Below are positions 1 to 7,842 of a stretch of DNA of 22,886 bases, piece after piece. This DNA is from Candidatus Thorarchaeota archaeon SMTZ1-45. Its GTDB lineage: Archaea; Asgardarchaeota; Thorarchaeia; Thorarchaeales; Thorarchaeaceae. The DNA lies in contig LRSL01000036.1 of the NCBI GenBank assembly GCA_001563335.1, positions 1 to 22,886 of the forward strand, in the 5' to 3' direction. The notes under the pieces are model-generated. The model searched no databases. It worked only from the letters and a program-made list of their open reading frames with translations, and was not told where the DNA came from. Each line of letters opens with the position of its first letter. Positions within the stretch are counted from its first letter, which is position 1. A program made the translations under genes and the position numbers.

Positions 1-492
1 AGTTGGGGAGTACTCTGGAGTCCTGGCATTTCCAGGATATACCCACTTCACCCTGCCCTTGTCGTTGTATGTCTTCATAGGAGGAATAAAAGGAAACTTC
101 TCAGCTCCAAGGTTTCTGATGCCTGCACCATAGTAGTCTGCGAGACTGTTGATGTATTTTCTATCCTCTCTCCTCCTCTTCCTTGTTACCTCAATGTTTC
201 CATACGGGACAGATGTGTTGAAGATAATTTTCTGGAAGCTTCTGACGATACTACCCTCTCGTCGTTGAAGAGGACTCGCACTAGGTCTTCGTTCCCTCTT
301 CATTCTATAATACTCTTCCAATGCCTCCTCATGGATTTTTCTCATACCCTTGCATCCCTTCCCCCCCTCATACAGATGTCTGGTTTCCTTTGTGACTCTG
401 TATTTTCCCAAGTATACAGTTGCAGCAAGTCCTAGCTGTAGTGCTCGTGTGAGAACTTTACCGGGTGTGGACCTTGATTTTGTGCTTTTCAT
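1..492 (-). CDS. Hypothetical basic protein, 5' part only (runs off the window edge)
   Basis: Manual translation from ATG at 492: MKSTKSRSTPGKVLTRALQLGLAATVYLGKY...WVYPGNARTPEYSPT, 164 codons with no stop. Absent from the ORF track, presumably because it has no stop in the window. TATA-like element 20-36 bp upstream. No family recognised. Confidence 0.65.
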   Translation of the reverse strand, partial: MKSTKSRSTPGKVLTRALQLGLAATVYLGKYRVTKETRHLYEGGKGCKGMRKIHEEALEEYYRMKRERRPSASPLQRREGSIVRSFQKIIFNTSVPYGNIEVTRKRRREDRKYINSLADYYGAGIRNLGAEKFPFIPPMKTYNDKGRVKWVYPGNARTPEYSPT

Positions 493-511
493 TTCGATTT
501 ATTATCTCGTC

Positions 512-528
512 CTTATATACTATATAAG
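512..528. promoter_or_regulatory. Perfect palindrome CTTATATA-C-TATATAAG; likely TATA box of the left ORF and/or an operator
   Basis: 8-1-8 inverted repeat 20-36 bp upstream of ATG 492, consistent with a leaderless archaeal promoter. Confidence 0.5.
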
Positions 529-686
529 TAATCTGTAGACTATTATCCAAAATAGAATCTGTCTAAAACTCTGAATAATTGCAAAAATATGAGTTTAAAT
601 TATCTCAACATGACTAATCTTGTTAAATATAATAGTACCTTAAATAGTATCATCCAGACTGAATCCCGGAGAATTCAACGATGGGA

Positions 687-713
687 CAAGACAACCAGTG
701 CCAGTCCTGGAAG
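687..713 (+). repeat. Imperfect direct repeat, copy 1 (CAAGACaaCCAGTGCCagTCCTGGAAG)
   Basis: Matches 2681-2706 apart from two short differences; contains a CCAG...CTGG stem. Confidence 0.7.
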
Positions 714-772
714 CAAGGGAAGAGGTCTAAACCAAAACCAAAGCAAAAATCAATGACTGGCAAATATAATAG

Positions 773-2722
773 AACCCCCTCGGTGTCCATCAAACTACTC
801 AGCTATCTTCAATAATCCATAGTTCTGGAAGGAAAGTTAGGAGTATTGACCTACAGACCCTCACCCTCCATTTTGACAACTACGTACAGGCAGTTAATCT
901 TGTCCTCTCAAAAATCTACAAGACTGATGCACGTGCACAGTCACTTGGAAAGGCACTGTCTGAATATCGTGGTTTTGCTTACAACCTCCTTCGACGGGAA
1001 AAGGATCTCTGCTATCAACACAACCAAGATATCAAGGACCTTATCTATGAGCGACTTCATCGGAATGTCCTTGAACAAGCTGGACGAATGACACTTTCTG
1101 ACTGGACAAGACGAGGTTTGATTACCGCAGCAGTCAATGTTCTAAACGAATCGATTGATGATGCCTTAACACTTCTGAGAAGAAAGAGGATTCCCTCATA
1201 CCTTATCAGAAAGGTGCGTGACTCTTGTGACTCCCCAAAGAACAACGGGTCTGGGTACCACTATGCGATGGGTATTCTTCGTCAGGTACGACTAGCCCTT
1301 GATAAACATATACTGGACACAATGGAAGTCAAGATTGGATGGAGGGCACGACAGAGAAAGAAAGTTGCATCCCTACTGAAGAGTGGTTCTCCAGACTGTC
1401 AGAGAGTTTCGCACATAATAGAGTCCAAGCTAGATGATTGGGTCAAGAGCGGGTATGCTTTCACAGTCCCCCAACTCAGAAGCTACAGTCTGGATTTCTC
1501 AGCAAGTACGGAGAACTCCATCGGTCAGGGATACTGGTTCACTCTGGATGAAGAACGGGAAAACGAGATACACCTCCATCTGAAGCTTCCGCCGGGAATC
1601 AATGGCACCCATCACAAAGACTCACCCTATAAGGGGAAGACTCTCACTTTTCGTTTTCTTGACTGGTTGCCACGTGCAGCCAAACAAGACAGAAGAAAAA
1701 CACAGACTGCAAGAGAGAAACGAGAGGTGAATCGGGCTGAGAGTCTGATCTTTAGAGCAGCCAAGTTTGACGACATGCATAACCAGCTAATGAACACACT
1801 CAAGTTTCAACATCTGGCTCTCAAACTAGCCAGATTGAAACAACGAAAAGACTCGCCCCCAAAGGAGATTATTGAACTTCAGAAACAAATTACTGATTTG
1901 AAAGGAGCACGAAGGAGTGCACCACCACGACTCCTCTTGAGGGGACAAAGAGTGATTCTACAGATACCTTTCCTCTCACCCAACGGCTCAGTGAGTTCAA
2001 CAATCTTTGAAGATCGTAAATACTCTACCAAGGCAGGTGTTGATAGAGGTCTAAGAGCTCCGGTGGCTTTGTCAGTGGAGAAAGAACAATCTTTCGAGGA
2101 CCTCGTCATATCAGTTGACACTCTTATCAAGAACCGTGAGAAGCTTAGAAAACACGCATACAACCTCACTTCAAAGTTGACAAGAAAGAAGAATAACTGG
2201 GACCAAAAAAGGTCAGGACAGTCTTATCCAGCGCCTATCTTGAAACATGATAGACATGTTGAGGCGCTGTGGAGAAAGGTTCGTCGTCTTGACCGTGAGA
2301 TAGCTCGACAGGTTGCTTCAAGGACTGTATGGTTCTGTGAAGAACACAGAGTGAAAAAGCTGTTCTTTGAAGATTTAAGGTCCTTTCAAGGACATGCTGG
2401 GTCCAAAGATTTTTCGTATAATTTGACCTCAAACCTATGGGGGAAGATTATCGATACTGTAAGGTACATGCGAGAGTCGCTTGGACACAGCAAGTATAGC
2501 GTTTGGACAGTGAGCCCGAGGTACACTTCTCAGACTTGTCATGTGTGCGGAGAGAGAGGAAAACGAGTAGAAGATGAAAAATCAACAACCGAGAAAAGAG
2601 GTGGGGAGTATTTCTACTGCGAGAAGTGTGAAGGTCACTTTCATGCTGATATCAATGCAGCAAGGAACATAATTCATGTTCAAGACTCCAGTGCCGTTCC
2701 TGGAAGGACAATGTCCACTTAA
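773..2722 (+). CDS. tnpB: Large TnpB/Cas12-like RNA-guided endonuclease (RuvC + Zn finger); start uncertain (first in-frame ATG 1088, frame open from 773)
   Basis: RuvC-I GVDRG (D codon 2042), RuvC-II FFEDL (E codon 2369), YTSQTCHVCG...CEKC zinc finger, RuvC-III HADINAARNI (D codon 2648). No in-frame stop between TAG 770-772 and TAA 2720-2722. Confidence 0.9.
   Translation, partial: NPLGVHQTTQLSSIIHSSGRKVRSIDLQTLTLHFDNYVQAVNLVLSKIYKTDARAQSLGKALSEYRGFAYNLLRREKDLCYQHNQDIKDLIYERLHRNVLEQAGRMTLSDWTRRGLITAAVNVLNESIDDALTLLRRKRIPSYLIRKVRDSCDSPKNNGSGYHYAMGILRQVRLALDKHILDTMEVKIGWRARQRKKVASLLKSGSPDCQRVSHIIESKLDDWVKSGYAFTVPQLRSYSLDFSASTENSIGQGYWFTLDEERENEIHLHLKLPPGINGTHHKDSPYKGKTLTFRFLDWLPRAAKQDRRKTQTAREKREVNRAESLIFRAAKFDDMHNQLMNTLKFQHLALKLARLKQRKDSPPKEIIELQKQITDLKGARRSAPPRLLLRGQRVILQIPFLSPNGSVSSTIFEDRKYSTKAGVDRGLRAPVALSVEKEQSFEDLVISVDTLIKNREKLRKHAYNLTSKLTRKKNNWDQKRSGQSYPAPILKHDRHVEALWRKVRRLDREIARQVASRTVWFCEEHRVKKLFFEDLRSFQGHAGSKDFSYNLTSNLWGKIIDTVRYMRESLGHSKYSVWTVSPRYTSQTCHVCGERGKRVEDEKSTTEKRGGEYFYCEKCEGHFHADINAARNIIHVQDSSAVPGRTMST
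2681..2706 (+). repeat. Imperfect direct repeat, copy 2 (CAAGACtCCAGTGCCgtTCCTGGAAG), in the 3' end of tnpB where an omegaRNA/right end is expected
   Basis: Match to 687-713; TCCAG/CTGGA stem; a further small hairpin GGTG..CACC at 2731-2748. Confidence 0.7.
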
Positions 2723-2762
2723 CAATGAACGGTGTCTAATAAAGCACCACTGACAAGAAATT

Positions 2763-2975
2763 CTAACGCACCTTCAACGCGTATTTTCCTGGCTTGTCAA
2801 TATTGAGTCGGGAGGCTACATAAGAACTCAGTCTGGGATCTTCGCGTTTACTCCGACCTGGAAGAATGACCACAATTCCCGTGTATGAGGTAGAGAGATT
2901 GGTTCCTTTGCAATTAGGGCACATGCTCTCATCTGTGAGATAATGACAGGCTTTGCACGCTTTCATTTTAGCCAT
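2763..2975 (-). CDS. spt4: Transcription elongation factor Spt4 (RpoE'')
   Basis: KACKACH...CPNC zinc ribbon, YTGIVVI, PGKYALKVR C-terminus; directly after rpoE'. Start moved to ATG 2975 to remove the overlap. Confidence 0.95.
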   Translation of the reverse strand: MAKMKACKACHYLTDESMCPNCKGTNLSTSYTGIVVILPGRSKREDPRLSSYVASRLNIDKPGKYALKVR

Positions 2976-2992
2976 TTTTGCTCTCTCTCTGA

Positions 2993-3571
2993 TTATTTCT
3001 TCTTCTCTCCACGAGCAGCCCTGACATCTTCTTCTACCCAAGATTTGTCTGGACCAATCTTGCCAAGAAATGGTTGTCTCATTGTGAGACCTAGTTTTCC
3101 TGATTTATTTCCAGATTCAAAGCTTATCGAAGTTACTCTTGCTCTTACCATATCTCCCTCTGCTAGAGTCCTACCAGTTTCCTTCCCCAATAGTGTGTTA
3201 CCCTTGGAGTCCTGTGTGATGAAATCATCACAGATTTGACTGACATGACAGAGTCCATCAAGTGGCCCCATACGGATGAATGCTCCGAAGTCCATAAGTT
3301 CCACCACATTTCCCTCTACCAGTTCATGTCGCAGAGGTTTGAACACAAGCACACGATATGTCACAGAATGATATGTTGCACCATCACCCGGCATAAGACG
3401 ACCCTGACCAATCTCATCTATATCGATGACTGCGATCATTAAGCCTACATCTCGATCGAGGACATTCTCGTGTTGCTTCCGAAGATGAAGCATGGCTGCG
3501 TCTTCCATTGGGGACCCAAACTGTGCTGGTGGGATGCGTACCACATCTTTTACAGTCACTATACTATACAA
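2993..3571 (-). CDS. rpoE1: RNA polymerase subunit Rpo7 (E')
   Basis: VRIPP, GDGATY, S1 domain FGAFIRMGPLDGLCHVSQI, GLTMRQPFLGK; TTG start. Confidence 0.97.
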   Translation of the reverse strand: MYSIVTVKDVVRIPPAQFGSPMEDAAMLHLRKQHENVLDRDVGLMIAVIDIDEIGQGRLMPGDGATYHSVTYRVLVFKPLRHELVEGNVVELMDFGAFIRMGPLDGLCHVSQICDDFITQDSKGNTLLGKETGRTLAEGDMVRARVTSISFESGNKSGKLGLTMRQPFLGKIGPDKSWVEEDVRAARGEKKK

Positions 3572-3701
3572 CTATTGACGCTCCTTGCCTAGCAGGATGA
3601 TTCTTATCAGAACAATCAGACTCGAGAACTATCCCGAGGTCTGAACCCGACGGCTCAGCGCTGATTCGCTTTGTAAAACATAAAAAGATTGTGACACGGT
3701 C

Positions 3702-4121
3702 TCAAAAGATTGTCCCTCTCAGTTCCAAGTGTTTTCTACCTCGAAGAATGAGAATTGGTATCCCGCGTTCAATGGCACGTCTTTGAAGTTCTCTATCATT
3801 AGTTGCAAGTACTCCCTTAACTGCTGCAGCATACTCCAGAAGTTGGTCATCCACCATAGAGCCCTCCATTGACTGATCAACTGCTACAATTTTGCACCTT
3901 TCTGTCAAATCCAATGCAACCTTGAACAATCGACTCTCAGTCTTTCCTGCTCTTTCAAATTTGGTCTTAATCTCATCTAACACCGATTTCAGGAGAATAA
4001 ACTCAATACTTCTTTCAAGTACTCTCTCAGCCTCAGAAAACACATCTACTCCAAACTGCGCTGGTACAGTCAGGAAATTCGTGTCCAATATTACAGGAAG
4101 GGGCAAGACTCTCACCAACAT
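3702..4121 (-). CDS. PIN-domain protein (Fcf1/Utp24-like)
   Basis: VILDTNFL, VDDQLL, LATNDRELQRR; conserved position between eIF2gamma and rpoE'. Confidence 0.92.
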   Translation of the reverse strand: MLVRVLPLPVILDTNFLTVPAQFGVDVFSEAERVLERSIEFILLKSVLDEIKTKFERAGKTESRLFKVALDLTERCKIVAVDQSMEGSMVDDQLLEYAAAVKGVLATNDRELQRRAIERGIPILILRGRKHLELRGTIF

Positions 4122-4151
4122 GAGGTGGCAAGTACTATGGCTGAGTGTGCT

Positions 4152-5393
4152 TTAAATCTCAGCATAACCAATCAAACGCCACTTGTTTTCAACTCTGCGT
4201 CCGATCGCAACTCTCTGCCCTTTCTCAGCAGCAATAGGACGTTTGAGTGTCAGCTCAATCTCATCACCATGCAAACGGGTAATTATGCCAACTGTGGGTG
4301 CGGTCCCAATCACCAACATCATAGGCTCATTCAGTTTGAGATTCTCTACCTCTTTCTTCGAATCTATCCCAACTACTCTCTGCATGAGAATTGGTGTTAG
4401 CATTAGCTTGTCATAGATTTTTGGCATCTTTCCTACTTTTCCAACGACATTTCCAACCAATCGGTCAGCTCGTGTAAAGGCAGGGTCCAGTGCAGTTCCT
4501 ACACCTATCAGTCCTCCAGGATATGCTTCCTGTAGTGAATTTCCACTACCTGATAGAAGACTCACAACTTTTGCTTTGATAGGCTTGAATCCCTTTTCAC
4601 CCTTCGCACCTGGAGCTATCTCAATCTCGTCACCAACGCTCAATTTTCCTTGCACAATTGATCCACCTACGACACCACCACGCATATTCATCGGCAGTGT
4701 TCCAGGTCTGTTTATGTCAAAAGAACGTGCAACAAACATCTTGGGTGGTGCATCACCATCACGTTTTGGAGTTGGAATCACACTCTCAATCATTTGAATG
4801 AGTAGGTCTGTATTAGCCCCGAAAATTGCTGAAACAGGTACTATTGGAGCGTTTTCTGCAGACGTACCTTTCACAAAATTCTTGATTTGTTGAAAGTGTT
4901 TTTTGGCCCGCTCTTTGGACACAAGCTCTATCTTGTTCTGAACAATTATGATGTTCTTCACTCCGACAATCTCGAGAGCATGAAGGTGTTCCGAGGTCTG
5001 TGGCATTGGACAAGGTTCATTGGCTGCAATCACAAGAATTGCGCCATCCATCAGACTAGCACCACTGAGACAAGTCGCCATAAGGGACTCGTGACCAGGA
5101 CTATCAACAAATGAGATCTCTCTTAAGACTTCTAGTTCTTCACCACATTTGCTACATTTGCCCTCTTTTGCTAGATGTGAAGTGGTGAAAGCCTCAGGTT
5201 CAGGACAGCTATTACACTTCAACAGAGTCGTAGCTGCATATCCAAGTCTAATCGAGATTCCACGTCTTATTTCGTCTGAGTGACGATCAGTCCACTCTCC
5301 TGTTAGATACGAAACAAGTGTTGTCTTACCATGGTCGACATGACCTAGCGTGCCAATGCTGATCTCTGACTGTCCAGCGTATTTCCTGGTCAC
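4152..5393 (-). CDS. eif2g: Translation initiation factor 2 subunit gamma
   Basis: GHVDHGKT, RGISIRLGYA, Zn knuckle, DSPGHE, QNKIE, RSFDINRPG, WRLIGY; GTG start. Confidence 0.98.
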   Translation of the reverse strand: MTRKYAGQSEISIGTLGHVDHGKTTLVSYLTGEWTDRHSDEIRRGISIRLGYAATTLLKCNSCPEPEAFTTSHLAKEGKCSKCGEELEVLREISFVDSPGHESLMATCLSGASLMDGAILVIAANEPCPMPQTSEHLHALEIVGVKNIIIVQNKIELVSKERAKKHFQQIKNFVKGTSAENAPIVPVSAIFGANTDLLIQMIESVIPTPKRDGDAPPKMFVARSFDINRPGTLPMNMRGGVVGGSIVQGKLSVGDEIEIAPGAKGEKGFKPIKAKVVSLLSGSGNSLQEAYPGGLIGVGTALDPAFTRADRLVGNVVGKVGKMPKIYDKLMLTPILMQRVVGIDSKKEVENLKLNEPMMLVIGTAPTVGIITRLHGDEIELTLKRPIAAEKGQRVAIGRRVENKWRLIGYAEI

Positions 5394-5506
5394 CTAATCT
5401 TCACTTCCGACTGTTCGTTGCAGACGTTGGTCTGTGTCTTCCTGTTGCCCATATGAAGTATATGGTTCGCACCATAGATTCAACAATGACAGATTAAGGA
5501 GAACGT

Positions 5507-5890
5507 CTATGCAGGTTTCATCACAAGTTCCTCGAGAGGAGTACCACCCTTCTCTTCGACTCTCATGTTTACCTGTGATATCTCGAGACTCAGCTCTCTT
5601 CCACGGACTGTCTTTCTTCTCGCTATTCCTTTCCTTTTAGGCTTAAACCCAGGAGTACCATGTATCAAAACTCGTTTCTTACCACTACCATGAACATCAG
5701 GTCGAATTGGGAACCCGGAAGCATCGCTGCCACCTGTGATTTTCAACTTGTATCCAGGTAATCCTAAGACATCACCCTCCACAATCTCACCAACACTCTT
5801 TCCAACAAGAGCATTTGTTTTGGCGTCATCTAGTTCGTACTGGATGGCTTTTCCAGTTTCTGGGTCTGAAATCACAAGTCTGAAGGGCAA
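5507..5890 (-). CDS. rps6e: 30S ribosomal protein S6e
   Basis: LVISDPETG, LKITGGSDASGFP, RRKTVRG; conserved upstream neighbour of eIF2gamma; TTG start. Confidence 0.97.
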   Translation of the reverse strand: MPFRLVISDPETGKAIQYELDDAKTNALVGKSVGEIVEGDVLGLPGYKLKITGGSDASGFPIRPDVHGSGKKRVLIHGTPGFKPKRKGIARRKTVRGRELSLEISQVNMRVEEKGGTPLEELVMKPA

Positions 5891-6089
5891 TTATTCTTTC
5901 GCCTACCTTACTTAGTGGTAATAGGTTTCAAAGGACACCGGTGGTAGCCAATTTGGCTCACTTTATGAGCATTTTGGTTGGACCGCGCATTTACTCAATA
6001 TCGAAGGCTATCAACGATAATGTACCGCGTTCATAATGATTATAACACATATTCATCAATCCTCACAATCATCCAGAGGACTGACCACA

Positions 6090-7259
6090 ATGGATCCGTT
6101 GACAATTTTCGGAATCATAGGCTTCATTTGGCTTGCCATATACTTCATTGCTCAATACATAGGCGTTGAGAAACTAAGTGAGAAGGGTATAGATGCTGGA
6201 TTCCCCTTCTTCATTATGTGGCGAACAGAACGACTTAATGCATTTCTTACCCGGATGGGCAAGAAGTTTCCTCGAATATTCTTCAACATTGGTATCGTCG
6301 TGGGTTTTGGTGGAATGATATTCAGCTTCTGGCTGTTCGGTGACAACCTAATCAAATTCTTTGTTCAACCTGCAGCTGCAGGTGGCGTTGTACCCATAAT
6401 TCCAGGAGTTACAATCACAGGTCTTCCATTAGTCTATATGTTGATTGGTCTAGCAGTCACGTTACTCACACATGAGTTCGCCCACGGTCTAGCCGCCTCG
6501 AAGGATGACATTAAAATCAAGAGCTCTGGTCTTCTGGCTTTCTTAGTGCTATTTGGTGGTTTTGTTGAGCCCGATGAGGAGCAGTTCGAGAATAATGCAA
6601 CACCTCAATCACGCATGAGGATGTTGGCTGCTGGTTCATTCTCCAATTTTGCTTGGGGTTTTGTGTTTCTGATAATACTTGCGAATTTTTATCCCTTGAT
6701 GTCAATTGGATACTATCCACCAAGCGGTGCTTACATATATGATCTACAGGCTAGAAGCCCAGCCGCAGCCGCCCTTGAAATTGGTGATGTCATCATTGGA
6801 CTCAACGACACTGAGATTGCAAATTGGACTGCTATCAGTACATTCATGGATGATGCATCTCCAGGTTCTCAACTTACTATTCACAAACTCAATGGTAGCA
6901 GTGTGACAATTATACTGGCTGCAAATGTGCAAAATGAGAGTAGGGGGTATATAGGAATATACGGGGCTGACTATTGGGAGCCTAGACCTGGCTGGGATCT
7001 CATTCTGACACCCATGTTTGTGTTTCATCTTCAGCAGATTGTTTTCTGGTGCTACTTGATTCTGATATCAATTGCACTCTTCAATCTACTACCAATCCCT
7101 GTGTTTGATGGTGACAAGTTACTCTCAAATGGTCTAAGCCTTGTCATAAAGGATGAAAAGAAGGTCAAGTACATAATGTGGCCTCTACGAGTTGCAGCTC
7201 TTGGAATTGTTCTACTGAGCATCATTCTGAGCTTCATCATGGGCAAAGGACTGTTCTGA
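6090..7259 (+). CDS. Site-2 protease (M50 family) with PDZ-like domain
   Basis: HEFAH zinc motif, GGFVEPDE, LAAGSFSN, SPA...IGDVIIGLN (PDZ-like), NLLPIPVFDG; multiple TM segments. Start at 6090 preferred (6036 possible). Confidence 0.95.
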   Translation: MDPLTIFGIIGFIWLAIYFIAQYIGVEKLSEKGIDAGFPFFIMWRTERLNAFLTRMGKKFPRIFFNIGIVVGFGGMIFSFWLFGDNLIKFFVQPAAAGGVVPIIPGVTITGLPLVYMLIGLAVTLLTHEFAHGLAASKDDIKIKSSGLLAFLVLFGGFVEPDEEQFENNATPQSRMRMLAAGSFSNFAWGFVFLIILANFYPLMSIGYYPPSGAYIYDLQARSPAAAALEIGDVIIGLNDTEIANWTAISTFMDDASPGSQLTIHKLNGSSVTIILAANVQNESRGYIGIYGADYWEPRPGWDLILTPMFVFHLQQIVFWCYLILISIALFNLLPIPVFDGDKLLSNGLSLVIKDEKKVKYIMWPLRVAALGIVLLSIILSFIMGKGLF

Positions 7260-7322
7260 GTTACACTTTATCGTTACTGTGGGACCTAAAAAGGGTCAGA
7301 GTAGATGTTCTTCTGATGAAAG

Positions 7323-7745
7323 ATGATGACCCACCAGATTGGTACAAAGCAAGAAGTACGAGAAAATGCCAGGAAGGCGCTTACAGACTATCTGACAATG
7401 TTCATACCTAGTTCCTGGAAAGAGCCCCTTGACAAAGTGAGGCTATTGCTTCAGGCAAACAACGAAATTGACTGGGAAGCCCTCAAAGGTCATGCTCTTC
7501 TATACTTTGATGAACAGCGTCTCTCTGAGGACCGAGTCGAATGCCTAGCTCGTGTAGAGCGTCTGAGTGATACATTCAAAGAGATTCATAGTGTTCTCTC
7601 CCCAGCTGAATGGTACAAGACTGTCGATGATATTATACATGCAGCAAACTTTCGAACAAGCAAGGCTGCACTCCATGCAAGACGTATTCAGATTGTAGAT
7701 GACCTGAAAGAGAAAGAGAAGAAAGAAGCTAAGACAAAGGCATGA
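7323..7745 (+). CDS. Hypothetical alpha-helical protein
   Basis: 140-aa ORF that fills the gap, co-oriented with its neighbours, natural composition; no motif recognised. Confidence 0.8.
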   Translation: MMTHQIGTKQEVRENARKALTDYLTMFIPSSWKEPLDKVRLLLQANNEIDWEALKGHALLYFDEQRLSEDRVECLARVERLSDTFKEIHSVLSPAEWYKTVDDIIHAANFRTSKAALHARRIQIVDDLKEKEKKEAKTKA

Positions 7746-7796
7746 TCAAGTGACTGTATCCATGACATCTCTTGCAAAAGAAACGTGCATGTAAAT

Positions 7797-7813
7797 AGGT
7801 TTAACTTAAACCT
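7797..7813. promoter_or_regulatory. Perfect palindrome AGGTTTAA-C-TTAAACCT over the presumed promoter of the thiolase gene cluster
   Basis: 8-1-8 inverted repeat 30-46 bp upstream of ATG 7843. Confidence 0.5.
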
Positions 7814-7842
7814 CATGACATTGGCGACTTGGAGTCGCTAAC

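Noticed and set aside
540-840. CRISPR array next to the Cas12-like gene
   Set aside because: Only pairs of degenerate repeats; no regular repeat-spacer period and no cas1/cas2.
846-1091. 81-aa ORF as a separate gene (e.g. tnpA)
   Set aside because: It overlaps the open upstream frame of the nuclease, which looks more protein-like; no transposase motif.
5946-5958. Palindrome AGCCAA-T-TTGGCT upstream of rps6e
   Set aside because: 6-bp arms are expected by chance in 23 kb; no other support.
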